Source: Amphiscolops sp. MND2022 (taxonomy: Eukaryota). Taken from it: a DNA stretch of 64,000 nucleotides. A program made the position numbers and the translations under genes. This document shows, piece by piece, positions 37,278 to 47,568 of this stretch. Each line of letters starts with the position of its first letter. Position 1 is the stretch's first letter. Location of the stretch: positions 16,122,001-16,186,000 of the forward strand of contig OZ076409.1 of NCBI GenBank assembly GCA_964187785.1. The letters run 5' to 3'. The notes beneath the pieces are model-generated. The model ran no database searches and was not told where the DNA came from. It worked only from the letters and a program-made list of their open reading frames with translations.

Positions 37278-38530
37278 TTATAGAAGGTCAAAATGCCTTT
37301 GTCCATCACTACTAATACTTATTAGTTTTGGGGTTAGAACTAGTGCATAAGCTATATAGTCTGCTACATCAATGGCAGCACTAAATTTAAATTCTAAACG
37401 GATTGGTTGACTGGCAATATGATCTTTTTGTTTGGATAGGTCAAATATATAAAAATTATAATTTGTTCTGAAGTTGTGCAAATCAATAAATGGATTGAGT
37501 AAGTTAGTTTCAGTTTTTAACTGTTAAAAGTTTTCAATTTCACTGTATGCTTGATCATATTTGTCGCAGTGGTAGTCACATTCTATTCCATCATCGGGAT
37601 ATTTTTCTGATCCTATTTTACAAACAGCATTTGAAATCGGAAGTCTATCAAACACTGCATTATCATGTGTTTGTGAATCAAGTTTATTTCTAGCTTGAAA
37701 TCCGACAATAACGAATGTTGGTGTCGATTGCGCAGCTTCACCACCCGAGTTACCTAATTCAAATGTCCATGAATTATTCGTGTTAACATCTTTTCTAAAG
37801 ACTGTACGTTTGGTATAAAACAACTCGGTTGGATCTTCATTCAGGAGCTGATCCATGACAAGTTGTTGGTTTTCTAAGCTAGGAACATAGTGTGGAAAGT
37901 ACCAAGAAATGTCTTTAATATCTATTTTTGCAGCATCCACCCCATTCCCCCTGAAAATCGCGTCATTGTTGTTGTTACGTTTTAGAGTTAAGGTATAGCC
38001 CAACCCATAAGTTATTTTTTCTTGATCAGCAGATCCAAACAAGTCTTTTAGTTTTATTCTCACAAAAAAGGTTCCTTTCTCATTTTTGTTGTTTGTTAGT
38101 TCTTGTCTTCTGATGGTAGTACTTTCATCAAACCCATACAATAACTGGGAAGTTTGACCACCACTTGTCAAAAGTTTATACATTAAACTAATTGGGTGCA
38201 AGTTGTCAACTTTTTCCAGGTGTTTACCCGAACTTGTAGTTAATTTGGCTTCACTAAACAAAGCAACGGGCCCAAAATTAACCAAGCCTATTTCATCGTT
38301 GTTGGCATATCTTGTATTATTGTTTTTAAGTACTTCAATTTCTAGACTAATGTATGATTTTGTAAACATATGTATGCATCTTCTCTTGGCAAACTGATAC
38401 TTACATTCGAGTTTGCGTTATTGATTGTCGCTAAACTACTGGGACTATATTTTATAAAATCAATTTTATGAATAGGTTTCTCAAGAGTGTATTTATTTTT
38501 CAAAGAAAACATTGTATCATTGAAAATCAT
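37278..38530 (-). pseudogene. Polinton major capsid protein (double jelly-roll), disrupted
   Basis: Three ORF pieces (frameshift ~38355, in-frame stop at 37524); PTFVIVGFQ, NAVCKIGSEKYP, FYIFDLSKQ typical of Polinton MCP. Confidence 0.85.
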
Positions 38531-38554
38531 TTATAATAAAAAATTTTTGGAAAA

Positions 38555-39454
38555 TTACTCCATTTTGAAGAAAACATTCATACTTTCTAACGTTTTGTTG
38601 TTAGAGTCAAAGTTGAATATGCTTCTTAAAAGTTCTTGTTCATTGTATTTTCCTTGATTAATTTCTCCGTTTTCATCATTTAGAGTGTATGTTACAGTGT
38701 TCGTTGAATTAATGCTGTGTATTTTGAAAAGTTCTCTATTCCAATTTGTTGTATAACCTTTTGAATAAATGTTTCGTTTGTCAGGAACTCTTACAAATTC
38801 TCCCACTTGGAAATTGGCGAAGCTGCGGTAGCTATCGCGCGGAATTTTTTTGTTATTATTAATTTTATTGCTAGGAAGTAAACTGTTATTACTGGCTTCA
38901 ATTGGTGTCATTTTTGTTGTACCATGCACCCTATTATTATACTTATCCAAAGCATTATTAGTGTGATTCAACCAGTTACCTTTACCTTCAATGTACATTG
39001 GTTCTTTAATTAAGTCCAGAAGTGTTCTATTGAAACGTTCAACAAAAACAGCCTTCAAATCTGAATTAGTTGACTAAATTTGAATGTTTTGCTCTTTTAA
39101 ATAGTGTAAAAATGTTGTGTTGTAAAACTCTTTACCTCTATCCGACCAAATTTTATGAGGTTTTCTTTTACTAGTTTCCAATAAATTCTTGAATGCAGCA
39201 GTTGTACTTTTTCCTGATTTATCTTTGAGAGGAATCGCCCATGCATATTTGGTATGATTGTCAATTATTGTGAAAATAAACCTGTAGTTTTTGTTGTTTT
39301 TGCTTAAGCTTGAGCGATCAATTAAATCGATACTCCAACACTCATCTTTATAGTGAGTTTGTATTTGAATTCTTTGAAACTTTTTGATTACAGGAGAGAA
39401 TATTTCTTTAGCAATCTGCTCTTTGCGAAGCTCCGCCTTTTGATTCATGTTCAT
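38555..39454 (-). pseudogene. Retroviral-like (rve) integrase with one in-frame stop
   Basis: DDE motifs WSIDLID, IWSDRGKEF, VERFNRT; C-terminal FQVGEFVR...KGYTTNW; TAG at 39074-39076. Confidence 0.93.
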
Positions 39455-39477
39455 TTATAACAATTTTTTATAAATAA

Positions 39478-39660
39478 ATGAATAATGAATATAGCTTGAA
39501 AGATGATGGCGAGAGCTGGCACAGGGCCTCCGGGCAAAGCTGCGCCAAGGCCGCCAACAAACTGCACTGGTTTCAGAAAACACGAATCTATAAAGTAATC
39601 ACAAATCCAATGTTTATTGTATGTTTAATTTTATTTATATGTATTGTTGTTGCAATATAG
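39478..39660 (+). CDS. Small membrane protein (60 aa), possibly a frameshifted N-terminus of ATPase 1
   Basis: TAAATG start; C-terminal hydrophobic MFIVCLILFICIVVAI; overlaps the ATPase ORF in another frame. Confidence 0.55.
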   Translation: MNNEYSLKDDGESWHRASGQSCAKAANKLHWFQKTRIYKVITNPMFIVCLILFICIVVAI

Positions 39661-40651
39661 GAATTATATTCGCCCTAGACAGTTTAAAACAATTTATAAA
39701 AAACTACTACAATTTGCAGGGTTCAAATACTCTCATCTGACAAACCAGGAAATTAAAGAATCCCGTTTTGATATGGGATTGGGACTTCCCAAAGATGCGC
39801 ATAGCAACTCTCATTTCATAATCTATGGCAGTAGTGGCTCTGGGAAGACATCTTTTTTAAAGCATTATTTAGCACACACTCCACGCACTTACGTAGTTTT
39901 CGGGCGAGATATACGTGAGTTTCCCTCTCAAAATTTTGTACCTTTACTGCAGTTGGAGAATGTTAGTATTGAACAACTTGCTAATAAGATTGTTATACTG
40001 GATGATGCAGGTGCATACAAAAGTCTCAAAACAAAAGTAGAAGACTTATTTAGATATGGTAGACATCACCAGATTCAAGTAATTTATCTCGCTCACTATG
40101 CAAAGGATGTTCTTCCAATCGTGAGGGAAAACTGTCACAAAATATTTCTAACAATTAATAACCCAGATAACTTCTTCGAGTCAATTGTACAAACTTATGC
40201 TATATCTCCCGCAGTTAAGGACGGGCTTAATTGGAAATACTACCGGGATCAGTTAGAATATGGCATATTTGAATTTGACACAAGGTGTCAGAAGTACAAG
40301 GTATTAAACAACAAATACATAATAATTTATGATTCTAGTAAACAGAATAAGTGGGGCCCAGAACAACTCGTTGCTTATGAATGTTACTTTTTCACTGGTG
40401 ATGAATACAACAGATTGAAAATATTTTTAGAGGAAATGTCCGACCAGACAATTGAAACAACACCACTCAACATAGCTTATTATTATGTAGCCTATTGCAA
40501 ACAAAAGAATATTAAAGTGAATGAATCCAAAATAGACAACTACGTTGAGCGTATGCAACAACCACTAATTAGTGACTCAGTTAAAGAGGACTTCAAGAAA
40601 ATTATATATGATCATGCAAAAATTTTTACTAAAAATAAACTGAGTAATTAA
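39644..40651 (+). CDS. A32/FtsK-like packaging ATPase 1 (start uncertain; first ATG at 39773)
   Basis: Walker A GSSGSGKT, Walker B IVILDD, RYGRH motif, VREN. Confidence 0.88.
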   Translation: MLLQYRNYIRPRQFKTIYKKLLQFAGFKYSHLTNQEIKESRFDMGLGLPKDAHSNSHFIIYGSSGSGKTSFLKHYLAHTPRTYVVFGRDIREFPSQNFVPLLQLENVSIEQLANKIVILDDAGAYKSLKTKVEDLFRYGRHHQIQVIYLAHYAKDVLPIVRENCHKIFLTINNPDNFFESIVQTYAISPAVKDGLNWKYYRDQLEYGIFEFDTRCQKYKVLNNKYIIIYDSSKQNKWGPEQLVAYECYFFTGDEYNRLKIFLEEMSDQTIETTPLNIAYYYVAYCKQKNIKVNESKIDNYVERMQQPLISDSVKEDFKKIIYDHAKIFTKNKLSN

Positions 40652-40695
40652 CAAGAAATTAGCGAGAAATTAACAACAAATTAACGAAAAAAATG

Positions 40696-40955
40696 TAGTG
40701 ATTCTTAGAGGAATTTAGTGATTCTTAGTGATGAAATTCTTAGTGATTCTTAGTGATTCTTAGTGATTTTTAGAGATTCAATAATTTCTCTAAGAATTAA
40801 TAAGAGACCCCTTCTTAGAGAAATTTAGAGAAGTTAGTGATTCTTAACACACTTAAAGAGACTTAGTGATTCTTAGAGATTTAACTTTGTGGTTCTTAGT
40901 GATTCTTAGTGATGAGATTCTTGGTGATTCTTAGTGATTCTTAGAGGAATTTAAA
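40696..40955 (+). repeat. 10-bp minisatellite (TTAGTGATTC)n between the two ATPases
   Basis: More than a dozen exact or degenerate units. Confidence 0.9.
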
Positions 40956-40972
40956 GATTTTTCTCTAAATAA

Positions 40973-42021
40973 ATGAAGTGCATAATTTGTAATGAAAGTT
41001 GTGAAAAATCATTATGTGATGATTGCTCTAGTAAAAAAAGATGTAAAGAGTGTAATAAAATGAAGACAGATTCCAATACAAATTTTTATAAGTATAAAAA
41101 CGGTAAAATGTACAGTACATGTATAGAATGTTTTAATAAGAAGGTGAGGTGTGAATTTTGTAATAAGGAATTAAATAAAAGTTATTCAAGGTCACATATC
41201 AAAAAGCAACATGTGCAGCGTCATATGCAGCGCCATGTTCAATATGCTCCGCCACAGCACTTACAGGGCTACGCGCAGGGCTTCCCGCAGAGCTATGCGC
41301 GGGGCTCCGCACAGGGCCATGCACAAGATTATATTAATATTAAAGATTCTTTCAAATGTGCTACCAATGATATCACCAACCCCAATGATGATGATGCGGA
41401 AGCTAACGCTAATGATGTATTACAACATTATAGTACATTATTAGTTGGTCCACCATTTTGTGGTAAAACTCATTTGTTATTAAACAAATTACAATTAATT
41501 CGATTGAGTGATAGTGAAAAACAAATACATATCTTTACGAGAAGTCCTGAACAATATAAAGATGTGGGGATGAAACTGGATGTTTGGGATTTAGTAGTGG
41601 AAGAAGATTTAGGTGATAAAAGTATTCAAGACTTTCAAAATTGTTGTGTTGTGTTTGATGACATGTTAGACTCCAATCAGAATCTAATAGATCCATTTTT
41701 AATAGAGGAAGACACAAGTTGTGATGTTCATTATTTAAGTCAGAGTTACTTTGAGGTACCCAAAAGAATAATCAGAAACAATTCAAATACAATAATCCTA
41801 TTTCAACAAACCTTGTAAGATGTTGAACACATTTAAAGAGATATTGCTGGTTTTGATATGTCTTATGATGAATTCAAAAGTTTGTGTAGAAAGGCATGGA
41901 AAGAAAAATACAACTACTTAATAATAAATAGGTTAGAAGATAAAAATGGGAGTAAACACCAGGTGTGCAATGAATCTAATCCAAATTACATGATCTTCAA
42001 TCCACAAGCGGATCCTTTCTA
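40973..42021 (+). pseudogene. Zinc-finger-fused A32/FtsK-like ATPase 2, disrupted
   Basis: N-terminal CxxC pairs and C2H2; Walker A GPPFCGKT, Walker B VVFDD; RGRH in a shifted frame at ~41704; SQSYF..PKRIIRNN; stops at 41816 and ~41833. Confidence 0.85.
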
Positions 42022-42027
42022 AATAAT

Positions 42028-43206
42028 TCATACATTGCATGCTGTGATAAGGTTGCTCTGCGTGGAACTTCGTATATTTTGGTGTTGAGAAGGTGATATG
42101 CATTCATACTCCAGGAGTTTATCTATAATTGCAACAATTTGTTCATTAATCGGAAAACTATCATTTCCTCCAACTTTTTCAAAATAAAGTAGTTTCAATT
42201 GATCCACTAATTCGTCTGGATCAGATGGGAGGAAGTTGTACTGTTGTGTGGAGCTTCGCGCGTGGCTTCGCGCACACCCCTGCGCAGCTACGCGCAATCC
42301 ACTTCCCAATTGGCTTCCTGATTGGCTTCCCAACTGGTTTCCTTGTGTGTTGTCCATAGAGCTTTGTGGATAGCCATGTGAAGACCCCTGTGTATAGTCC
42401 TGTGGAGGCTCTTGCGAAGCTACGCGCGAAGGCTCCTGCACATAACCCTGTGAATCATGTGCCTGCAATTGATAGCGAGAGTATAATTCTTCAATAAATT
42501 GATATCTGGTTGATTTTTGATCTCCACAATTTAGATCATATTTCATATCATTTAGGAAGTTATAAATTGGGCTCCAGTTATTTATTGGTTTGTCAAATTG
42601 TGTATTAGTTATAAAATATTGAAGATCTGGGTGATTTAAATTGCATGAATTCCCATTCTCGAAAGTCATTGTTGAACCTTTGATTAGTACTTGTTGTGGG
42701 TTATGGGGATTAATTGTGAATAAATTTGCAGAGCTGCGCGCGGAGCTACGCGGATAACCTTCTATGGGTTCTAAACTAAATTGACTTTTGTTTTTGTCAT
42801 TAAGTAAATTAGAAACTGTTTTTACAATACTAGAATCAACCTGGTCGGAATTAACAAGGCTCGTAAGAAGCTGATTGCGAAGCTCCGCATTATGATTTAT
42901 ACTTTCATTATATTGTTTTATTCCTTCTTTAATAGAATTTTGAAGAGTATTATTATTGCGTTCTATTGCTCTTGTCTGATTTTCAAGTGCCTGTGTAACC
43001 CCTTGGGTTTGTTTGTCAATGGCTTGTAGTTGCTTTTCATTTGATTCCACCTGCTTTGTAGTAACAGGTTCAAAAACTTCTTCCATATCGTAATGAAAGT
43101 CTTGCTTCCCTAGTTTCTCTTTTAATCTTTCTTTGCGCAGTAAAGATTTTGTTTCTTGTATTTTTTTTAATTTTTCCAAGTCATCCCGATTATGAATTGA
43201 ATACAT
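42028..43206 (-). CDS. Conserved Polinton hypothetical protein (392 aa)
   Basis: C-terminal LPSDPDELVDQLKLL...GGN...NEQIVAIIDKLLE, a motif I recall from Polinton ORFs; internal 4-aa repeats. Confidence 0.75.
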   Translation of the reverse strand: MYSIHNRDDLEKLKKIQETKSLLRKERLKEKLGKQDFHYDMEEVFEPVTTKQVESNEKQLQAIDKQTQGVTQALENQTRAIERNNNTLQNSIKEGIKQYNESINHNAELRNQLLTSLVNSDQVDSSIVKTVSNLLNDKNKSQFSLEPIEGYPRSSARSSANLFTINPHNPQQVLIKGSTMTFENGNSCNLNHPDLQYFITNTQFDKPINNWSPIYNFLNDMKYDLNCGDQKSTRYQFIEELYSRYQLQAHDSQGYVQEPSRVASQEPPQDYTQGSSHGYPQSSMDNTQGNQLGSQSGSQLGSGLRVAAQGCARSHARSSTQQYNFLPSDPDELVDQLKLLYFEKVGGNDSFPINEQIVAIIDKLLEYECISPSQHQNIRSSTQSNLITACNV

Positions 43207-43232
43207 TTATTGAATTTATTTAATGAATAAAA

Positions 43233-43691
43233 CTAATGGATTTTCCTCAGATACAGGCCTTTACCCCCTTTACTTGCTTTGCCTGCTTTGCTGCCTGCGT
43301 TGCCCGACAAACCTTCAGCTTTGTATAACCCCTTCCCTTGATGTACAAATTTAATGACTTCGGGTGCAGTTGCAGCAATGAGTTTTGGATTTTTACTTGC
43401 TGCTGCAGTTCCAATATTTGCTGCTATTTCCAATGCACGGCCTGGATTATTGAGTATTTTCTTTACGATACTCTTGGCAGCTTTGCGCAAGTTTTTGAAT
43501 AAGTCGTCCAATCCTTCCCCATTTATTGTTCGATCTGATACAATAAGACTTTTATTTCTGCTACACATCATACAGGTGCCCCGTAACTTTTTTACATTAT
43601 TGTTTCTAATATCTCCATGAATATTTGTGGTGGGGGAATAATGTTTTCCACCAACACAATATGAATTATTCATAAGTTTATTATACCTCAT
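43233..43691 (-). CDS. Small basic protein with Cys motif and amphipathic helix (Cupiennin/adenovirus protein VI-like)
   Basis: YC...GTCMMC, then GEGLDDLFKNLRKAAKSIVKKIL; xGxG motifs resembling adenain cleavage sites. Confidence 0.6.
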   Translation of the reverse strand: MRYNKLMNNSYCVGGKHYSPTTNIHGDIRNNNVKKLRGTCMMCSRNKSLIVSDRTINGEGLDDLFKNLRKAAKSIVKKILNNPGRALEIAANIGTAAASKNPKLIAATAPEVIKFVHQGKGLYKAEGLSGNAGSKAGKASKGGKGLYLRKIH

Positions 43692-43730
43692 TTATTATTA
43701 TTAAATCTAAGTTAATTAATTTTAAATTAA

Positions 43731-44737
43731 TTAAATCTCGATAATTTGAATTGTGAAGGTGAGTGTCTCCCCGTTGAAATCAACTGGGTTGTGGTTAGAG
43801 TCCTCAAGGAAAAATTGAATGGTGTCCAGTCGTGTTTTGTTTATCAGCTTGTACAAAACAGTTGTGGGTTCTTTTATAATTTTATATCCGGGAGGTGCGC
43901 TTAAATTGAAAGAAAATAAAATTTGTTCTCGTATACCATTAACATTTGAACCATTTACGCAGTCGCACTTCAGATGAACTTTGTCGGTGGTTGTTATCAT
44001 GACTGGTTTTTCTGAAGTGTGAGTTCCGGATGGGTAATCACGTTGTGTAAAACCCAGGACTTTGTTAAGTTCGGAGTTAAAATGAATAGGGTTTGAGGTT
44101 GTTAAAATTGATTTCATTGATACTGTGTCGGGTATTATGTTGAATTTAAAATCAGAATCAGTAGTTCTTTGTTTTACGGAAGCATTGATACCAACTAATT
44201 CATTTGCTCCTGGTACTAACTGTATTCCAAAGGAATCATGTTCAATTTCAAAGTCAGGATTATGTATTTGTTGATCAGGATAGTTAAAAACTTCAATTAA
44301 TTCCTTGAGTTGGTTAAAGTCTTTTCTAGTAAGTTTTTTTTCTTTTTAATATAACTATTAGTTATAAGTGCATTAGTTTTTTCTATAAATTTATCATCAG
44401 ATGTTTCATACAAGAGATGTATATTTGGCACTAATTCAGTGTCAACTCTATGCTCTTCGAGTTGTTGTTTTGTTAGAAGAATTTCAAGTTTGTTATTCTT
44501 TTCAGTAATGTTATATACAGTGTTGTATACTTCCAAACTTGTTACTCCCATCATCCATTTTTCAGGTAATTCCAATGAAACATCAAATGAGAAAGATTCT
44601 TTTTGCTTAGTCATTTTAAATTCTAGTGTTTCTTGTGATTTAGAATGAGTATTTTCAACAATTTCTTGATTAGATTTTGCAATACTTAAAAGAAGAGATT
44701 CTTTTTTATCATATGTTACGAAGGTTGATAGTTCCAT
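43731..44737 (-). pseudogene. Polinton minor capsid protein (penton), frameshifted at the A-run near 44335
   Basis: GVTSLEVYNTVYNITEKNN, LVPGANEL, VHLKCDCVNGS, ILFSFNLSAPPGYKIIKEP, NPVDFNGE. Confidence 0.85.
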
Positions 44738-44781
44738 TTATTAGAAAAAAATCTTTTTTCTAAGCTGCGTGGAGCTCCGCA

Positions 44782-44970
44782 TTATACTTGAAATTGTTTA
44801 AATCCACTAGCGGAAATGTTATTCAAAAATTCTTGCCTATCTTTTGATAATGTTTTCTTATGTGGCTTTGCTGTATTTTTTCCATGATTTTGATTTTGAT
44901 TGTGAAGCTGTTCTGCGAAGCTGTGCGAGATAATTTTATATTGAGCTGAATAATTATTAATTTTCTTCAT
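44782..44970 (-). CDS. Small Polinton hypothetical protein (62 aa)
   Basis: TAAATG start; lies between the protease and penton genes. Confidence 0.5.
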   Translation of the reverse strand: MKKINNYSAQYKIISHSFAEQLHNQNQNHGKNTAKPHKKTLSKDRQEFLNNISASGFKQFQV

Positions 44971-44977
44971 TTATTAT

Positions 44978-45369
44978 TCATAAATTTTGGTAGTATAAAT
45001 TTAGTACTGCATTTTTGAACCCTAAAATTTGTGTGAGATACAGTGTGTATAAACAATACGCCGCGCAATAACTGTCGTTGGTCTGAATTTGATGTTTTGA
45101 ATAAATACCATTATTAATGTGATTAAGTATATTAGTTGGGGGTGGGCATCCATATGAATCAAAATAATTTTGATTTGTAAACATAACCCAATGTGTTCCT
45201 TTAATTGGATGTAAGTTAACTATACCACTGTAGTGTTAAACTTATCATCTCTCGTGTATATTGCACACGGAATATTTGATTCAGTAAGTATTTTTTTTAT
45301 TTTTTTAGAAGTTGCTTCGTTTTTTAGTCCGTTTTTTTCAACAAATTCTTTGAATGATAAACAATTCAT
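44978..45369 (-). pseudogene. Adenain-like cysteine protease, frameshifted
   Basis: Catalytic motifs GTHWV (His), FDSYG (Asp), IQ...YCAAYCL (Gln, Cys); ATG at 45369. Confidence 0.88.
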
Positions 45370-45408
45370 TTATTAGTTATTTCTCATTGTTATGTGTGAA
45401 TACTCATT

Positions 45409-45840
45409 GCTTTTACATTGCATTGCTCTTACATTGCATTAGAAAATGCATTGCGAAGCCAGCTTTGCATTGTTTTCAGCATAGAGGTTAGAATCTCATG
45501 CTTCATGGTAAAAAACGCCAATTTTGTGCAAAGCTGCGGTAGCTATCGTGCTGATTTGTTTTTGGAAGAATGTATGAAACTCCGTCTCTAAAGGGGGGGT
45601 ATTGGCGAAGCTTTGCAGGCTTTTGAAACTTTTGTTGGTTGGCCCGAATCGAAAAACCCCTGATTTTAATGATCTGTTTTCTAAAAAGTGGATTAAATCA
45701 ATGGTTTTGGGGACTTAGCCCGAATCGAAAAACCCCTGATTTTAATGATCTGTTTTCTAAAAAGTGCTTAAACTCAATGGTTTTGGGGACTTTTCATTTT
45801 TGGAGTTTTGTTGGCCCGAATCGGGATTTCTCCTACTACT
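45409..45840 (-). repeat. Polinton right TIR (~432 bp, includes a ~76-bp tandem duplication)
   Basis: Mirror of the left TIR; 45642-45716 is repeated at 45718-45792. Confidence 0.95.
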
Positions 45841-46244
45841 TGTTGATGCAAAATGTTCTTCACGACTTCCGTTGTTGAAGAACAAATTGAAAGAGATTAC
45901 AGGACGAGAGTCAACTTGTCGAAATTTCCAGGGATGAACCCTCCTAAGAGCAATTTTCCAAACATGAAAATAGCTTTGTTTCACGGAGACAACTTTGTAG
46001 ATTTAAGAAACTAACAAACAACCAGAAAAGAGCATCACTACATCCATTCAAACCATGGATGTAGATGTGGCAGCTAGAGAAGCCAAAAGAGAGCAACAGA
46101 AAACCGAAATTCAGAAAAAAATAACACTTTCAAGCAGACAGTGCCGCGAACGCACGGAATTTGGGATGAAATCCTCACAGACATAAAAAACGGAACACTG
46201 AAAATGATTCAGAACGTTGATGAAACGAAAGCTGACTACGAAAC

Positions 46245-46354
46245 CAGAGATGCAAGCGGGTCAATGGGTCACTTTTTCTCGTGGGTCAGGTGGGTCCTGG
46301 GTCAGAGCCCCGATGGGGCATGGGTCGAACATAAGTGACCCACTTGCATCTCTG
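46245..46354. mobile_element. 110-bp hAT-type MITE
   Basis: TIRs CAGAGATGCAAG(C/T)GGGTCA; degenerate TSD TACGAAAC/TCCCAAAC; GGGTC repeats. Confidence 0.8.
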
Positions 46355-47568
46355 TCCCAAACAATCATAGAAAAAGCAGCAAAAAGGTTAGAAGAGGAAT
46401 TTGATGATGAATGAGACGAAAGTCAATTTGAAGCACATGATGAAGCACAGATTTGAAGCCCTCAAATGGTACGTTCCCATACACACTCAACGCGAACTGG
46501 CGCTCGAATCATCATCAATAGTCCGATAGTCAAAACCAAGAAATAGGAGAGAAAAATGCCGGTGGTGTAAAACGTCCGTCCAACCGAGAATTCAAACCCA
46601 CATCAAAAAATGGCAGAGTAATAAATACAAAAATAATCTGGACCTAGATGATTTTAACGAAAATTTCTATTTCAACAGACTCGTCTGTTTCGATGAACCA
46701 AAAAAATCCGCACTGTTAGTCAGCAGTCGATCAAAGGGGTGTAATTCAAGTGCAGTTTAAAAGTGAAGTAGTTAAATGTCAAACCTAGAAAGGACGGGGA
46801 GCTTTATACGGCGATAACTGGTTTCCGAATCTATTCAGTTGAAAAGGCCTGAAACTTCATTTTAACCAGACTTTTGTTACTGTAACTCACAAACTTTAAT
46901 AACAGAATATAATATAATGTAGATCATAGTTTAGAGATCGATCAGAATTTACAGTAAACTCCCAATCCTTATTTTTAGCCGAAATAAGAATAAAAATCTT
47001 AAGTATCACTACTGCACTGTTCAGGACAGAATTCCCACAAATAGGGAAAACTGTTGAATTTTAGACAGCATGAAATCGGACAATTGTTTGTCTCTGATTA
47101 AAAGCTAACCCGAAGGTTATTGCTATGTTTTAAATGCATCACAGTTTCAAATATAATTTTTAGATGTCCAAATTATGTCCAAAATTTTAGTAAGCTTCAT
47201 TTCTGCTCAACTAGTTTGTGTTTTGCTCGATTCGGGTTTTGAGATATAAATGATACTTCAAGATTTTTGTTTTACATGAGATGGCTGTTTTGAGCTTCTT
47301 CACTCACGAAGTAATTCAGTTGAACAATGCAGCTAAATATTCTTCATACAAACCATGCCAGATGAAAGTTTCACGTGTAGCATAATTTGTACAGTCATAA
47401 ACCTTTTTTTGCGGTTGGTCTTACAATTCATTACAAGTCAAATCCGATGAGTATAAAATTATGCTGATTATCTATGCTTTTGATGAAATGCTTCTCAAAT
47501 AGATAGCCAATTTGTATATTACTTTTCCTACTACATATTATCGAAGGTCAAATTGCACCCCGAAAACA

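Larger units (their letters stand above)
30833..45840. mobile_element. Full-length Polinton/Maverick (adintovirus-like endogenous virus), 15,008 bp
   Basis: 6-bp TSD TGTTGA (30827-30832, 45841-45846); TIRs start AGTAGTAGGAGAAATCCC; encodes pPolB, integrase, ATPases, protease, major and minor capsid proteins. Confidence 0.97.

Noticed and set aside
33100..45400. Poxvirus early terminator TTTTTNT near Polinton gene ends
   Set aside because: Too frequent by chance in such AT-rich DNA to support by eye
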